DNA from: Mobula hypostoma
Lineage: Eukaryota
Direction of reading: 5' to 3'
Assembly: GCF_963921235.1 (NCBI RefSeq)
Contig: NC_086097.1
Location: 191,520,001-191,584,000 of the forward strand
DNA length: 64,000 nucleotides
The notes under the pieces were generated by a model that did not search any database, was not told where the DNA came from, and worked only from the letters and a program-made list of their open reading frames with translations. How positions within the stretch are numbered: the first letter of the stretch is position 1; every line of letters begins with the position of its first letter. Of the stretch, positions 50,970-63,897 are shown in pieces. The position numbers were made by a program, and so were the translations under genes.

Positions 50970-51210
50970 TGCTATGGTTTGTATTCTGAAACATAAAACT
51001 AATTGAAAGAAAAACATGGGAGCCAGAGATAACTCGTGTACATTCAGTTTCTTTACTTTAGTTGGGTACACCCATGTGATACGGTGGAGTATATGAACAT
51101 ATACTATTCACGTACTTTTACCTGTAACCCGTAATGAATTATGTAAAGAACAAAGAATGGTTAATCAAATAAGATATTTTCAATATTACTCAAATATTAA
51201 TTACACAGCA
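50970..51210 (-). mobile_element. Old AT-rich LTR with adjacent degenerate PBS (tentative)
   Basis: The minus strand reads TG...CA followed by a tagtgatgag PBS-like sequence. No second LTR was found. Confidence 0.4.
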
Positions 51211-52169
51211 GATAAGTTAGTTCCTCATCTCACGATTGAGAGTTGAATCTTCCAGCCTTTGCACCAGCACACAGCCTCCACTACCAACGACTTTATCTTA
51301 GCCAAAATTTGTCGGCAAGTCTGGATCATTGAATGATGGAGAGAAGGAGATAACTTGCTGATTCAAACTAATAATGGGGTATTAGGGAGGAGTGCAGTGA
51401 GGATCAAGACTTGGTATATTAAATAATATGGTAGGCAGTTAACAGTAAATACCAGTTTCTCAAAATTGAGTGCTATGATTGGACATGAAAACAAGGTCCC
51501 TACTGCTTTTATGAATTTTCACATTTCCCAAGTAAACAGCTGCTCTGAACTAGAGGTTAATTATCTCTGACCAAAAGCAACATACCCTGCACATACAGTA
51601 TATTTAATTATATACCTCACCAAGGGAATAGAGTAGGCAGGTAGATTTTAGCTCTGGTCCACTAATGGATTTCCCACTTCAAACACTGCTTTGGTAATTG
51701 ATCACTTTGACACATCACTGGATGCAGCCGACAGAGGAAAAATATTTCTGTGCTTTCAAAGCAGTCTGTCTGGGTGGCGACAAAATTGGATGAATATCTA
51801 TTCAGGAGATTTCATATGACAAGCAGAAGAATAATAGAATATGGTGTTTAAACCCAGTGTAACATGTAACATCTGTTGGTTGTATACATTGGAAAAGAAA
51901 CAAAAGAACAAATAAAATAAGAGCAGGAGATGTTGTCCCTTACCTTGGTCAACTAACTTAGGTCAGGGAAATGACAACTTAAATCATAATTAATTCAAAC
52001 TTGTAATTTTATGATCCACTTAAGTGGATAACTTAAATATCCATTTATGTTGACCCAGGGCCAATAGTTCCTGAACAAAATACCGGAGGAACTCAGCAGG
52101 CCAGACAGCATCTACGGAAAAATGTTCAGTTTCTGGCTGAGACCCTTCAGCAGAAATATCAGATGTATG

Positions 52170-52485
52170 TACGGATGGAGTGACGGTTGCCATGGGGAAC
52201 TTCATAGAATACATCCATGATTGCTTTCTTGAACAGCATGTTAGTGAACTGAAAAAGGAAAATGCTTAGATCTGGTCCTGTGCAATGAGACATGTGAAAT
52301 TAATAATATTGTAACTAGGGAGCCTCTTGGACAGAGTGACCACAGTGTGATTGAATTTCTCATACAAATGGACCGTGCAATAGTTTGATATAAAACCAGT
52401 ACTTTATACCTGAAGAAGGGAGACTACGACAGGATGAGGGAGGAGCTGGCCAGCATAGACTCGAAATATGACCTATATGGTGAGG
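52170..52485 (+). mobile_element. Old CR1 endonuclease-region fragment
   Basis: tttcttgaacagcatgtt (FLEQHV), gagcctcttggacagagtgaccac (EPLGQSDH), MREELASID. Confidence 0.7.
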
Positions 52486-52599
52486 CAGTTCAAAGGTTCA
52501 TTTTATTATCGAAGTATACAACTCTGAACTTCTTCAGTTCTCCAGGTAGCTATGAAATCAAGAAAGCAAAGAAAGGCAGCATGATCATCAAATCCCACC

Positions 52600-52912
52600 A
52601 CCTTGTAAAAAAAACTCAACAGAAACAGAGCAGGCACATCAACCCCCAAACCCATGCTCCTGCAAAAAAAAAACAAGAAAACGCATCAGGGACATCGGCC
52701 CTCAAATTTCTCCTCCCTCACAAAAAAAATGAACAAGACGGATCTGGCAAATTGACTCTCAAATCCCTTCCCTCACACAAAAATGAACAAAGCAGATCAG
52801 ACACGTCCACCCCCAAATCCCTCCTACTGTGCAAATAAACAATCAAAATGTATCTGGCATCATCAACCCCCAAATCTCCCTCCCCACACAAAAAATATTG
52901 AGAGGATCAGGC
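52600..52912 (+). repeat. Degenerate ~57-60-bp tandem repeat inside an unassigned retroposon (about 52490-53320)
   Basis: About 5 units of gatc-ggcacatcaacccccaaatccct...cacaaaaaa. Confidence 0.7.
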
Positions 52913-53319
52913 GAGAAAACACACAAACTATGAAACTGAAACAGAAGATTTTATAGTCCAAGTCCACATGCAAAATACAGAAAAAACCTGAGCAACACTC
53001 TCCATAGCAGCAGACTCTCCTCTCTCTGGTAGTGTAGCGGAGCCATCAAAAGACAGGCAGCTGGTGCTCACCCTCCACACTTACTTCGATGCAAAAAATC
53101 ACCCTCATCGCTTTAGTCGGCAAACAATGGAATCTTTAATTGGCGAAATAGAGCCTACCTGCTACAAGGTACATGCACACTGCCTCTGCCACTTGGAATC
53201 CTCTCTGAGACTGCTGAGCACTGGAACACCCAAACAATCCCCAAGCATCCGCACTCACCTTGATGTTTCAATTGCCCTCGTTGCTTTAGTCAGCAAACAA
53301 TGGAAGCTATAATCGATAA

Positions 53320-55489
53320 AATTGGGGAAAGGCAAATTATGAGGCTATAAGGCTAGAACTTGCCGGTGTGAATTGGGATGATGGTTTTGCAGGGAAATGT
53401 ACTATGGACATGTGGTCGATGTTTAAAGATCTCTTGCGGGATATAAGGGATAAATTTGTCCTGGTGAGGAAGATAAAGAATGGTAGGGTGAAGAAACCAT
53501 GGGTGACAAGTGAGGTGGAAAATCTAGTCAGGAGGAAGAAGGCAGCATGCATGAGGTTTAGGAAGCAAGGATCAGCTGGGTCTATTGAGGAATATAGGGA
53601 AGCAAGAAAGGAGCTTAAGAAGGGGCTGAGAAGAGCAAGAAGGGGGCATGAGAAGGCCTTGGCGAGTAAGGTAAAGGAAAACCCCAAGGCATTCTTCAAT
53701 TATGTGAAGAAAAAAAGAATGACAGGAGTGAAGGTAGGACCGATTAGAGATAAAGGTGGGAAGACATGCCTGGAGGCTGTGGAAGTGAGCGAGGTCCTCA
53801 ATGAATACTTCTCTTCGGTATTCACCAATCAGAGGGAACTTGATGATGGTGAGGACAATATGAGTGAGGTTGATGTTCTGGAGCATGCTGATATTAAGGG
53901 AGAGGAGGTGTTGGAGTTGTTAAAATACATTAGGACAGATAAGTCCCTGGGGCCTGACGGAATATTCCCCAGGCTGCTCCACGAGGCAAGGCAAGAGATT
54001 GCTGAGCCTCTGGCTAGGATCTTTATGCCCTCGTTGTCCACGGGAATGGTACCGGAGGATTGGAGGGAGGCGAATGTTGTTCCCTTGTTCAAAAAGGGTA
54101 GTAGGGATAGTCCAGGTAATTATAGACCAGTGAGCCTTACGTCTGTGGTGGGAAAGCTGTTGGAAAAGATTCTTAGAGATAGGATCTATAGGCATTTAGA
54201 GAACCATGGTCTGATCAGGGACAGTCAGCATGGCTTTGTGAAGGGAAGATCGTGTCTAACAAGCCTGATAGAGTTCTTTGAGGAGGTGACCAGGCATATA
54301 CATGAGGGTAGTGCAGTGGATGTGATCTATATGGATTTTAGTAAAGCATTTGACAAGGTTCCACACGGTAGGCTTATTCAGAAAGTTAGAAAGCATGGGA
54401 TCCAGGGAAGTTTGGCCAGGTGGATTCAGAATTGGCTTGCCTGCAGAAGGCAGAGGGTGGTGGTGGAGGGAGTACATTCAGATTGGAGGATTGTGACTAG
54501 TGGTATCCCACAAGGATCTGTTCTGGGACCTCTACTTTTCGTGATTTTTATTAACGACCTGGATGTGGGGGTAGAAGGGTGGGTTGGCAAGTTTGCAGAC
54601 GACACAAATGTTGGTGGTGTTGTAGATAGTGTAAAGGATTGTCAAAGATTGCAGAGAGACATTGATAGGATGCAGAAGTGGGCTGAGAAGTGGCAGATGG
54701 AGTTCAACCCGGAGAAGTGTGAGGTGGTACACTTTGGAAGGACAAACTCCAAGGCAGAGTACAAAGTAAATGGCAGGATACTTGGTAGTGTGGAGGAGCA
54801 GAGGGATTTCGGGGTACATGTCCACAGATTCCTGAAAGTTGCCTCACAGGTGGATGGGGTAGTTAAGAAAGCTTATGGGGTGTTAGCTTTCATAAGTCAA
54901 GGGATAGAGTTTAAGAGTCGCGATGTAATGATGCAGCTCTATAAAACTCTGGTTAGGCCACACTTGGAGTATTGTGTCCAGTTCTGGTCACCTCACTATA
55001 GGAAGGATGTGGAAGCATTGGAAAGGGTACAGAGGAGATTTACCAGGATGCTGCCTGGTTTAGAAAGTATGCATTATGATCAGAGATTAAGGGAGCTAGG
55101 GCTTTACTCTTTGGAGAGAAGGCGGATGAGAGGAGACATGATAGAGGTGTACAAGATAATAAGAGGAATAGATAGAGTGGATAGCCAGCGCCTCTTCCCC
55201 AGGGCACCACTGCTCAATACAAGAGGACATGGCTTTAAGGTAAGGGGTGGGAAGTTCAAGGGGGATATTAGAGGAAGGGTTTTTACTCAGAGAGTGGTTG
55301 GTGCGTGGAATGCACTGCCTGAGTCAGTGGTGGAGGTAGATACACTAGTGAAGTTTAAGAGACTACTAGACAGGTATATGGAGGAATCTAAGGTGGGGGC
55401 TTATATGGGAGGCAGGGTTTGAGGGACGGCACAACATTGTGGGCCGAAGGGCCTGTACTGTGCTGTACTATTCTATGTTCTATGTTCTA
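53320..55489 (+). mobile_element. Young 5'-truncated CR1 LINE
   Basis: Uninterrupted ORF2 frame, short 3' UTR and (TTCTATG)n tail. Confidence 0.95.
53368..55422 (+). CDS. CR1 ORF2 reverse transcriptase (open 684 codons, endonuclease missing)
   Basis: GPDG, NYRPVSLTS, DFSKAFD, PQGSVLGP, FADD, RPHLEYC, QRVVGAWN. Confidence 0.9.
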   Translation: MNWDDGFAGKCTMDMWSMFKDLLRDIRDKFVLVRKIKNGRVKKPWVTSEVENLVRRKKAACMRFRKQGSAGSIEEYREARKELKKGLRRARRGHEKALASKVKENPKAFFNYVKKKRMTGVKVGPIRDKGGKTCLEAVEVSEVLNEYFSSVFTNQRELDDGEDNMSEVDVLEHADIKGEEVLELLKYIRTDKSLGPDGIFPRLLHEARQEIAEPLARIFMPSLSTGMVPEDWREANVVPLFKKGSRDSPGNYRPVSLTSVVGKLLEKILRDRIYRHLENHGLIRDSQHGFVKGRSCLTSLIEFFEEVTRHIHEGSAVDVIYMDFSKAFDKVPHGRLIQKVRKHGIQGSLARWIQNWLACRRQRVVVEGVHSDWRIVTSGIPQGSVLGPLLFVIFINDLDVGVEGWVGKFADDTNVGGVVDSVKDCQRLQRDIDRMQKWAEKWQMEFNPEKCEVVHFGRTNSKAEYKVNGRILGSVEEQRDFGVHVHRFLKVASQVDGVVKKAYGVLAFISQGIEFKSRDVMMQLYKTLVRPHLEYCVQFWSPHYRKDVEALERVQRRFTRMLPGLESMHYDQRLRELGLYSLERRRMRGDMIEVYKIIRGIDRVDSQRLFPRAPLLNTRGHGFKVRGGKFKGDIRGRVFTQRVVGAWNALPESVVEVDTLVKFKRLLDRYMEESKVGAYMGGRV

Positions 55490-55519
55490 AAGTGGGGTCA
55501 AACATCAGCTTGTGCACCA

Positions 55520-56925
55520 GGTCCCCTGGTACTAACGGGATGCAACCCAGGTACTGAACGAAATGGTAGAAGTTATAGTAGGTGTGCTTATAATAATTTG
55601 CCAAATACTTCTAGACTCTATGCAGGTCCCAGCAGAGTGGAAGACTGTGAATATCATGGCACTGTTTAAAAAGTATGCAGACAAAAGACAAGTAGTTAGT
55701 TTAACATCTGTAGTCAGGAAAATGCTTTAAGCTCTCATTAAAGAAGACAAAGAAAGACATCTGGATAGAAAACACAATATGGATTCATGAAGGGTAGCTC
55801 CTGTTTGACATACTCTGGAGTTCTTTGAGGATATAATCAGTAAAGTGGATAGAGGGGAAAGTGTGGATTTTGTATACTTAGATTTCCAGAAAGCTTTTGA
55901 TAAGGTGCTGAGTAAAAGACTTAATCATAAGATACGGATACATGGGGTTGGTGGTAATGTACTAGAATGGATAGAGGATTGGTTAACCAATAGAAGGCAG
56001 AGAATTGGGATAAATGGGTGTTTCTCTGGTTGGCAGTCAGTGGTGAGCAAAGTGCTGCAGGGATTGGTGATGGGCCCGCAACTGCTCATGACATACCTTA
56101 ACAATTTTGAAGAGGGGACTGAGTGTAGTGTATCTAAGTTTGCTGATGACACGAAATTGAGTGGACAATCAAATTGTGCAGAGGATGCGAAGAGTCTGCA
56201 GAGTGATACAGATAGGTTAATAGAGTGGCCAAGGGTCTGGCAGATGATGTAAAATGTTAGTCAATGCAAAGTCGCCAAATTTGGAAGGAAATATAGATGA
56301 TCAGATTACTATTTAAATGGCAAACGATTGCAGTATTGTGTTGTGCAAAGGGACCTGGGAGTGCTCAGGAATGAATCACAAACGGATGTTCTGCAGATTC
56401 AACAGATTCAACTGTGTGCAGTCTCCCTGCCTGAGGAAAGGGATACTGAGTTTGAAGATGATGTGAAGGAGGTTCACTAGGTTGATTGTGTAGTTGAGAG
56501 TGTTAGCCTATGAGAAGAGATTAAGTCATCAGGGAAAATATTCACTGGAATTCAGAAGAATAAGAGGGGATCTTATAGAAACATATAAAATGATGAAAGA
56601 GGTAGATAAAATAGAGGCAAAAAAGTTGTTTCCATCAATGAGTGAGACCTGAACTAGGGGATATAGCCTCAGGGTTTATGGAAATAAATTTCGAATGAAG
56701 ACCAGGAGAACTGTAGTGTATCTGTGGAATTCTCTGTCCGGGGAACTAGTGGAAGCTACCTCATTAAATATACATATTTCAGATTTTGGCATAGCAAGAG
56801 AATTAAGGGTTAAGAGGAAAAGGCAAGTAGGCAAAACTGAGTCCACGGTCATATCATCCATGATCTTAGTGAATGTCTTGATGGGCTAGATAGCGTACTC
56901 TAGCTATTTTATTATGTTCCTATGA
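55520..56925 (+). mobile_element. Old degenerate CR1 RT and 3' region
   Basis: ORF 55845..56252 with DFQKAFD and FADD; further decayed pieces downstream. Confidence 0.85.
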
Positions 56926-59900
56926 TCTTGCTGTTCTTCTCCAAAAATCTTCATTGTTATTCTTTTTCCTTCTCAGTTCTGCACAGTTATAATTCAATTT
57001 TGTTGGCTCTAATTCATCAGGCCATCCTGTGTCCACCTCACATGGCTACAAGTGGCAATGCCTCACTGTTCTCCTCCCAAGCAAGGGCATGCTTCTGATG
57101 TCAGTCCTTTGCTTTTTGCTGAAATAGGCAAGTTCAAGTCAGGCACTGGGCTCAGGCCACTCGAGTTCTTGGACACATACTACCCCTATGAGCCTTCAGC
57201 CTGATCTTCTGACTTATCAAAGAATATCTCACAAATAACTTATCTGGATATGATGTCTGATTAGCTGATGATCAGTAGGACCTTTTAATTACTTCAATCT
57301 TGAAAATGTTAATTCAGATAATGACAGACTCTACTTCTTCCACCATCTGGCAAGAACCAAGATACTCGGTTTGTCTACTCGTCCACGAATTTGACATGTT
57401 CCTGCCAGCTTTTCCACAGATTTGTAATTTATTCAGACCAACAAAGGAAGCCATTTGGCCCCTCATCCTGCTCTACAAAAGATTGTTTTTCTCTGTACAG
57501 CTTTCTTGGGCCAATTCAATATCTCTTGATTTTCTTAACATCCAAAAATCCATCAATCTCTGTCTTGAATATACTCAGATACTGAATTTTTATAGCTCTT
57601 CTGGATTGAGAATTAAAAAGATTCTGGATGAAGAAAATTCTCATCTCTGTCCTGCATAGTCAACTGCTCATTTTTAAATGGTGAACAATAATTCCAGACA
57701 CTGACCAAAGAAACATCAAATCTGCATCTGCTTTCTGAGCAGCATTTATAGGGTCGTTGGCTCAGCCTGAACTGGGGCATTGGGGTCAGGGAGGGATTCA
57801 GGGTTAGTGAACTATAGAACAAGGACTTGTATATTACCTTACATTGTAATAGGTACCATAGCTTGAATAATAAACAGTTAAAAAATAAAAAGACACTTGG
57901 TGTTCCATCAATGGACACATTCCACTGAAGATCAAAGGCTCATAAAGGATAATGAAATATTAACAATCACTTCATGAGGTTCAGGATACAAATGCCAGGA
58001 AACAAGCTTCAGTAGAACAGAACAGATCAGACCCTTTTGGAAACACAGTGCTTAGTTTTGGCACTGTACCTGAGGAGACATGCTGTATATTTACCTTCAA
58101 TGAGATACAATGCAGATTTGATCGCATGAAACTAGGTCTTAAGGAAGGTAAAAAGATTTTATAGTTTATTTTTCCTTTGAGTTTAGATAGTTGAAAGCTG
58201 CCCAATTAAGATATTTAAAATGATAAAGATACAAAGAAATAAGTCCCCAGTGGGAGAACTCAACATAAGAAGCCGTGATTGTAAATATATGGTAAGTTAG
58301 AAGTGAATTCAGGAAGAGTTATTTCAATCAAAAATAATGGAAATTTGGGGATTTTGTTCCCAACAATCTGAATCTTTCTGAACTTTCCAAAACTAAATAA
58401 TAATATTTTATTAAGCAAAGTAATGGGGAACCATTAGGAAAAGGTGGGCAGATGGAGTAGAAGCACTGAATAGTGTGATCTAATAGAACGACAGAAAAGT
58501 CTGAAGCAACTCATTTTCTTTTGCATTCTGAAATATGCAAAGGACAAAGAAAGTCACTGTATACTGTAATGGCAAATATACTCAATTAAAAAATAACAAA
58601 AGAGGTTGCCATTCAATTGGAGCTGCTATTTTATCTGCATCAAGGTGAGTGAGCGACAATAATGAGCCAGAGCAAGACAATGGAACAGCTAAATCAACCT
58701 TCAGAAGCTTAGCTTAAAGGAGGTTGAACTTTATCATAAAAGGAGTTGAATGGTATGATACTGTTTTATAACTCTTCCATAGTAAAATCTCTATAGTCCA
58801 TAACATCTCACTCCTTTTGTAGTAAAACATGTTATAGTAAGCCCTAGAGAAATCTAAACCTATAAAATTAATCACAGGCTGAACTAAGCTATCAATATTG
58901 TGTTCCTTTAACATGAGATGAGTGAGTGGATGGGTGGGATGATGGTGGATGTACGACTCACATTTATTCACAGTGCCTCTTCCTACCTGGAGCGTTAAAC
59001 TGGAACTGCTCTATAAAATTCAGTGATTATTGTTCATTGCTAGTGAAGGTGACATTTCCCCAAAGGCCTGCAAGGACAGTGATAGGAATTCCATCACATA
59101 AATAGACTTTATGTCTTACTGGTGGTGCCTGGTGAAAATAATTTAACAGAGATAAGCATAAAGCTGTCATTTATTAAATATAGGAGTCAACTTCACTTGA
59201 TCATTATGCAAATCAAGTTATTCATTTCACGACATAGGGGATGAATGTTAAAAACAGTTTAGTCTATTACTCCTAAGATGACATACAAATGTCAGTTATA
59301 CCATATGAACAAAAAAGAGTTCTCATACATATTTTATGCTATTGTTTTCTTCCTTTCTATAAGAATGTTGTACAATAATTAAGAAAATCATAATAACAGT
59401 TAAGACATTTTAGTTCTATTTCAATTTCAATGTTTTTACATAACAAACTGTCATAACCAATCAGCAGCAAAATAGAAATTTCACTACAATATACAGCTGT
59501 TGTGATAGATTTAAATCAGAAGGAATGTTGGACAGGAGGGAAAACTTTCTCAGAAAGCTCTGAGAAAACAAATGTTCCAATTTAGTTCAAATGAAATCCA
59601 GAAGAAGCAAATGGAAGGCAAATTATAAATACAAGAAAGTCTGCAGATACAGGAAATCCAGAGTGACAGACAAAATGCTGGAGGAACACAGCAGTTTGGG
59701 CAACATCTATGGAAATGAATAAACAGGATCAGAATCAGGTTTATTATCAGGTGTACGTGTTACGAAATTTGTTAACTTAGCAGCAGCAGTACAATGCAAT
59801 ACTTCTTCTCCTTCTTCGGCTGTCCATCAATTTTTGATGTTGACTGAGGCCTGGGCAAGGTTGCATGGAAGACCGGCAGTTGCCCATGCTGCAAGTCTCC

Positions 59901-60004
59901 CCTCTCCACGCTACCGATATTGTCCAAGGGAAGGGCAATATGACCCATACAGCTTTAGCAGAGCAATGTGTGGTTAAGTGCCCTGTCGAGCACATGTACC
60001 ACCA

Positions 60005-62107
60005 CATATGAGTTTACTCAACTGTGGGCAAATTCCCACATCTCACCAAGCCCACATTCTCAAGTACAGCCACAAAACATGGGGCGGGGGGGAGGGGGGT
60101 CAAACACCACATTTCCACAAGTGGACCACCAGTCAATGCCCATGCACATAGACTGGACCCAGAAATGCTGGCAACCGCAAAGGCCGAGCTTACCACCATG
60201 GAAAGGCTTGGCATTGTACTCCAGTCGAATAGCCACAGGGATCCCGCTCCTCCATGTGGCCCCTAAGTCAGATGGTGGTTGCCACCGGTATGGTGTTTCC
60301 CGACACCTTAACAAGGTGATTACCAGCCCCCCCCCCACCCCCCACCGTTACCAGGTCCCACACATCCAAGACTTTTCAGCAAGTTTAGCCGGTAAGTTTA
60401 TTTTTACTAAAGTTGATTTATTTATGGGATACTGTCATGCACCTGTGTGCTTGGAGAACATTCACAAAATGGATGTATATCCCCAGTTGACCTCTTTCAG
60501 TTTCTGTGCATGCTGTTTGGACTGAAAAATGCAGTACCAGACATTCCAATGGCTGATGGACTCTGTATTAAATAACTTAGATTTTCTTTTTGTCTATCTG
60601 AATGATATACTTATCACTTGTGCATCCAAATCCGAACACGTATCTCATCTCCGCACACTTTTTGCGTGCTTAACCCAATATGGGTTGATTATCAATCCTG
60701 TTAACTGCCAGTTTGGGTTGTCAACCATTGATTTTCTCTGCCATTGCATCTCTGCAGAAGGTGCGAAACCCCTCCCATCAAAGGTAGGCACTATTATGGA
60801 TTTCCCACCACCTCGCATGACTAAAAAACTAGAACAGTTTTTAGGTATGGTGAATTTCTATCATCGCTTCATTTAATGAGCTGCTGAACTTATTCTGCCC
60901 CTGTATAGTGCCTTTAAAGGCAATGCCCCTAATCACGTGCTTGACTGGTCAGCAGACACGACCAGGGTATTTCATGACACCAAGTGAGCTCTTTCCAACG
61001 TGACCCTAGTGGTGCATCCACTCCCCAACGCACCTACTAATGTTTCAGAACATGCTGTGGGCGATGTGCACAAACAGCTAGTTGGAAGCGTGTGGCAGCC
61101 ACTCACCTTTTCAACTGACGGCTTCAACCCCTGAAAGGAAACACTGGACCACGAGCTTCTCGGTCTCTACCTGGGTGTCCACCACTCTTGTTTTCTACTA
61201 GAGGGCTGCCATTTCACCACATTCGGTTGACCACAAACCCCTCATGCACATGATGGTCAAAATTATCATACCCTCGGTCTGCATGGCAGCAGTGCCTTCT
61301 GGCCTACATATCAGAGTTCATGACTGAAATACAACACAACAAGGGGAAAAATAATGCCGCCTCTGATTGCCTCTCATGGCCAGCCATTGAGACCATACAT
61401 ATAGGGGTTGACTATGCTGGCATGGCAACCGACCAAGCCACTGAACCAGAGGCCCAGGCTTGCAGAACAGTAGTCACAGGCCTGTGGTTGGCTGACATTA
61501 AGTTCAGGAAAGCTGGGGGGTTCTCCCTTGTGTATTTTCTCAACTGGTCACCCTCACCTCACAGTGCCCACGAACTGGAGGCACACAGTTTTTAACTCCA
61601 TTCCTGGCCTCTTCTATCCAGGCCAGAAGGCTTCTCAGAAACTTGCTGAAGTAAAGTTTATGTGGCACAGCCACAGAAAGGACATGTGTGATTGGAGTGC
61701 AGCTTGTGTTGAGTGTCAGCGTACAAAAACTAGCCATCATGTTTGGGCACCATTAGCACCTTTTGAGGTCCCTGAGCAAGTTTGACTACGTGGACCTTGT
61801 TGGTTCTCTTTGCTCAACCCAAGGTTTTGCGCACCTCCTGATCACAGCAGACCATACCACCAAGTGGCCAATGGTTGCCCCTCGAGCATTGACGACAGCC
61901 ACATACGTGGCTCAGGTGTCTATTAACACTTGGGTTGCACAGTTTGGTATCCCACCTGAAATTTCCTCTGACTGCGATCCCCAATTCACATCAGAACTCT
62001 GGGCTGCGATGGCCCAGAACCTCAGCAATAGGCTATATCACACCACAGTATTTCACCCACAGTCCAACGGCCCGTGCAAGCATTTTCACCACTCCTTATA
62101 TGCTGCT
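60005..62107 (+). pseudogene. Degenerate Gypsy pol related to the 18955-23159 element
   Basis: KHHISTSGPPV, RYQVPHIQDF, QTFQWLMD..YLND, GMVNFYHRFI, VDLVG, HTTVFHPQSNG; many stops; no LTRs seen. Confidence 0.9.
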
Positions 62108-62109
62108 CC

Positions 62110-62900
62110 TTACCACCATTCAGGGTCCCAGACAGTCCTTCCAGGTGAGGTGACACTTCACCTGTGAGTCGGCTGGAGTGACATACTGCGTCCAGTGCTA
62201 CCGATGTGGCCTTCTATATATTGGCGAGACCTGACGCAGACTGGGAGATCATTTCGCTGAACACCTACGCTATGTCCGCCAGAGAAAGCAGGATCTTCCA
62301 GTGACCACACATTTTAATTCCACGTCCCATTCCCATTCTGATATGTCAATCCACGGCCTCCTCTACTGTAAAGATGAAGCCACACTCAGGTTGGAGGAAC
62401 AACACCTTATATTCCGTCTGGGTAGTCTCCAACCTGATGGCATGAACATCGACTTCTCTAACTTCCGCTAATGCCCCACCTCCCCCTTGTACCCCATCTG
62501 TTACTTATTTTTATACACACATTCTTTCTCTCACTCTCCTTTTACTCCCTCTGTCCCTCTGAATATACCCCTTGCCCATCCTCTGGGTCCCCCCCCCACC
62601 TCCTTGTCTTTCTTCCCGGACCTCCTGTCCCATGATCCTCTCGTATCCCTTTTGCCTATCACCTGTCCAACTCTTGGCTCCATCCCTCCCCCTCCTGTCT
62701 TCTCCTATCATTTTGGATCTCCCCCTCCCCTTCCAACTTTCAAATCCCTTACTCACTCTTCCTTCAGTTAGTCCTGACGAAGGGTCTCGGCCTGAAACGT
62801 CGACTGCACCTCTTCCTAGAGATGCTGCCTGGCCTGCTGCATTCACCAGCAACTTTTATGTGTGTTGCTTGAATTTCCAGCATCTGCAGAATTCCTGTTG
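62110..62900 (+). mobile_element. Penelope-like element 3' fragment (GIY-YIG plus UTR)
   Basis: IQGPRQSFQV, FTCESAGVTYCVQC..CGLLYIGET; the downstream part is near-identical to 432-975. Confidence 0.9.
62770..62805 (+). ncRNA. Minimal type I hammerhead ribozyme motif
   Basis: Identical to 876-911. Confidence 0.8.
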
Positions 62901-63117
62901 TAAACTTTACAACTCCTCCCTTGGAGGGTCAGACACCCTGAGCCAATAGGCTGGTCCTGGACTTATTTCATAATTTACTGGCATAATTTACATATTACTA
63001 TTTAACTATTTATGGTTCTATTACTATTTATTATTTATGGTGCAACTGTAACGAAAACCAATTTCCCCCGGGATCAATAAAGTATGACTATGACTATGAC
63101 TATGGCTATGACTATGA
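62901..63117 (+). mobile_element. Non-LTR retroelement 3' end with (TATGAC)n tail
   Basis: aatttcccccgggatcAATAAAg followed by hexamer repeats. Confidence 0.6.
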
Positions 63118-63564
63118 ATTCGACATAGTGAATCAATATTTCTTTCAATAAAAACTTAGTAAGCTATCGACAGGATTTGAAACAGATCTTTTTAAACTTT
63201 ATGGTATGAACACCATCCACCAAAGGTAGCTGCCGCCGTGATGCAGCTGTACAAACCGGAACAGGAAAGGTGAGGTGATGTAAATTAGTGACGTGCATTG
63301 TGGTATTTGAAAAAAATGACTAAATAGTTAACAGAAACATTTAGCTAAAAATTATTTTCAATAAATATAATTATTAGTTACTACATTATTTTAGGTAACT
63401 AACCTTTTGTGCGCATATTAAGTTCCTTTGTGCACTGGTTGAAAAATGTGTGCGCGCGCACACGTGCACAGCTTAGAGGGAACATACAGTAGCTCACCAC
63501 TAGGTACTTTGAGCAGAAGTCAAGAGGCTTATCTATTAACTGTAACCAGTAAACAAATTTGCCC

Positions 63565-63897
63565 CTTAGATTATTCCCCACTTTGACTTTTACCTCTACT
63601 CACCTACCTACTACTTCCCCCCAGATCCCCTCATCCTTCCCTTTCGCCCATGGTTCACTCTCCTCTCCGATCAAATTCCTTCTTCTCCAGGCCTTGGCCT
63701 TTCCCACCCACCTGGCTTCACCTATCATCTTTCAGCTAGCCTTCTTCCTCTCTTCGCACCTTTTTTATTCTGGCATCTTGCCCCTTCCTTCTCAATCTGA
63801 AGAAGGGTCTCGTCCCAAACCGGCACCTATCTATTAATTTCAATTGATGCTGTCTGACTTGCTGAGTTCCTCCAATGTTTTTGTGTGTGTTGCTTTA
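63565..63897 (+). mobile_element. Penelope-like 3' UTR fragment with decayed hammerhead motif
   Basis: Pyrimidine-rich UTR, CTGAAGA-AGGGTCTCGTCCC-AAAC at 63797, then gatgctgtctgacttgctgagttcctcca. Confidence 0.7.

Noticed and set aside
52434..52838. 134-aa repetitive Lys-rich ORF
   Set aside because: It spans a CR1 fragment junction and a non-coding tandem repeat.
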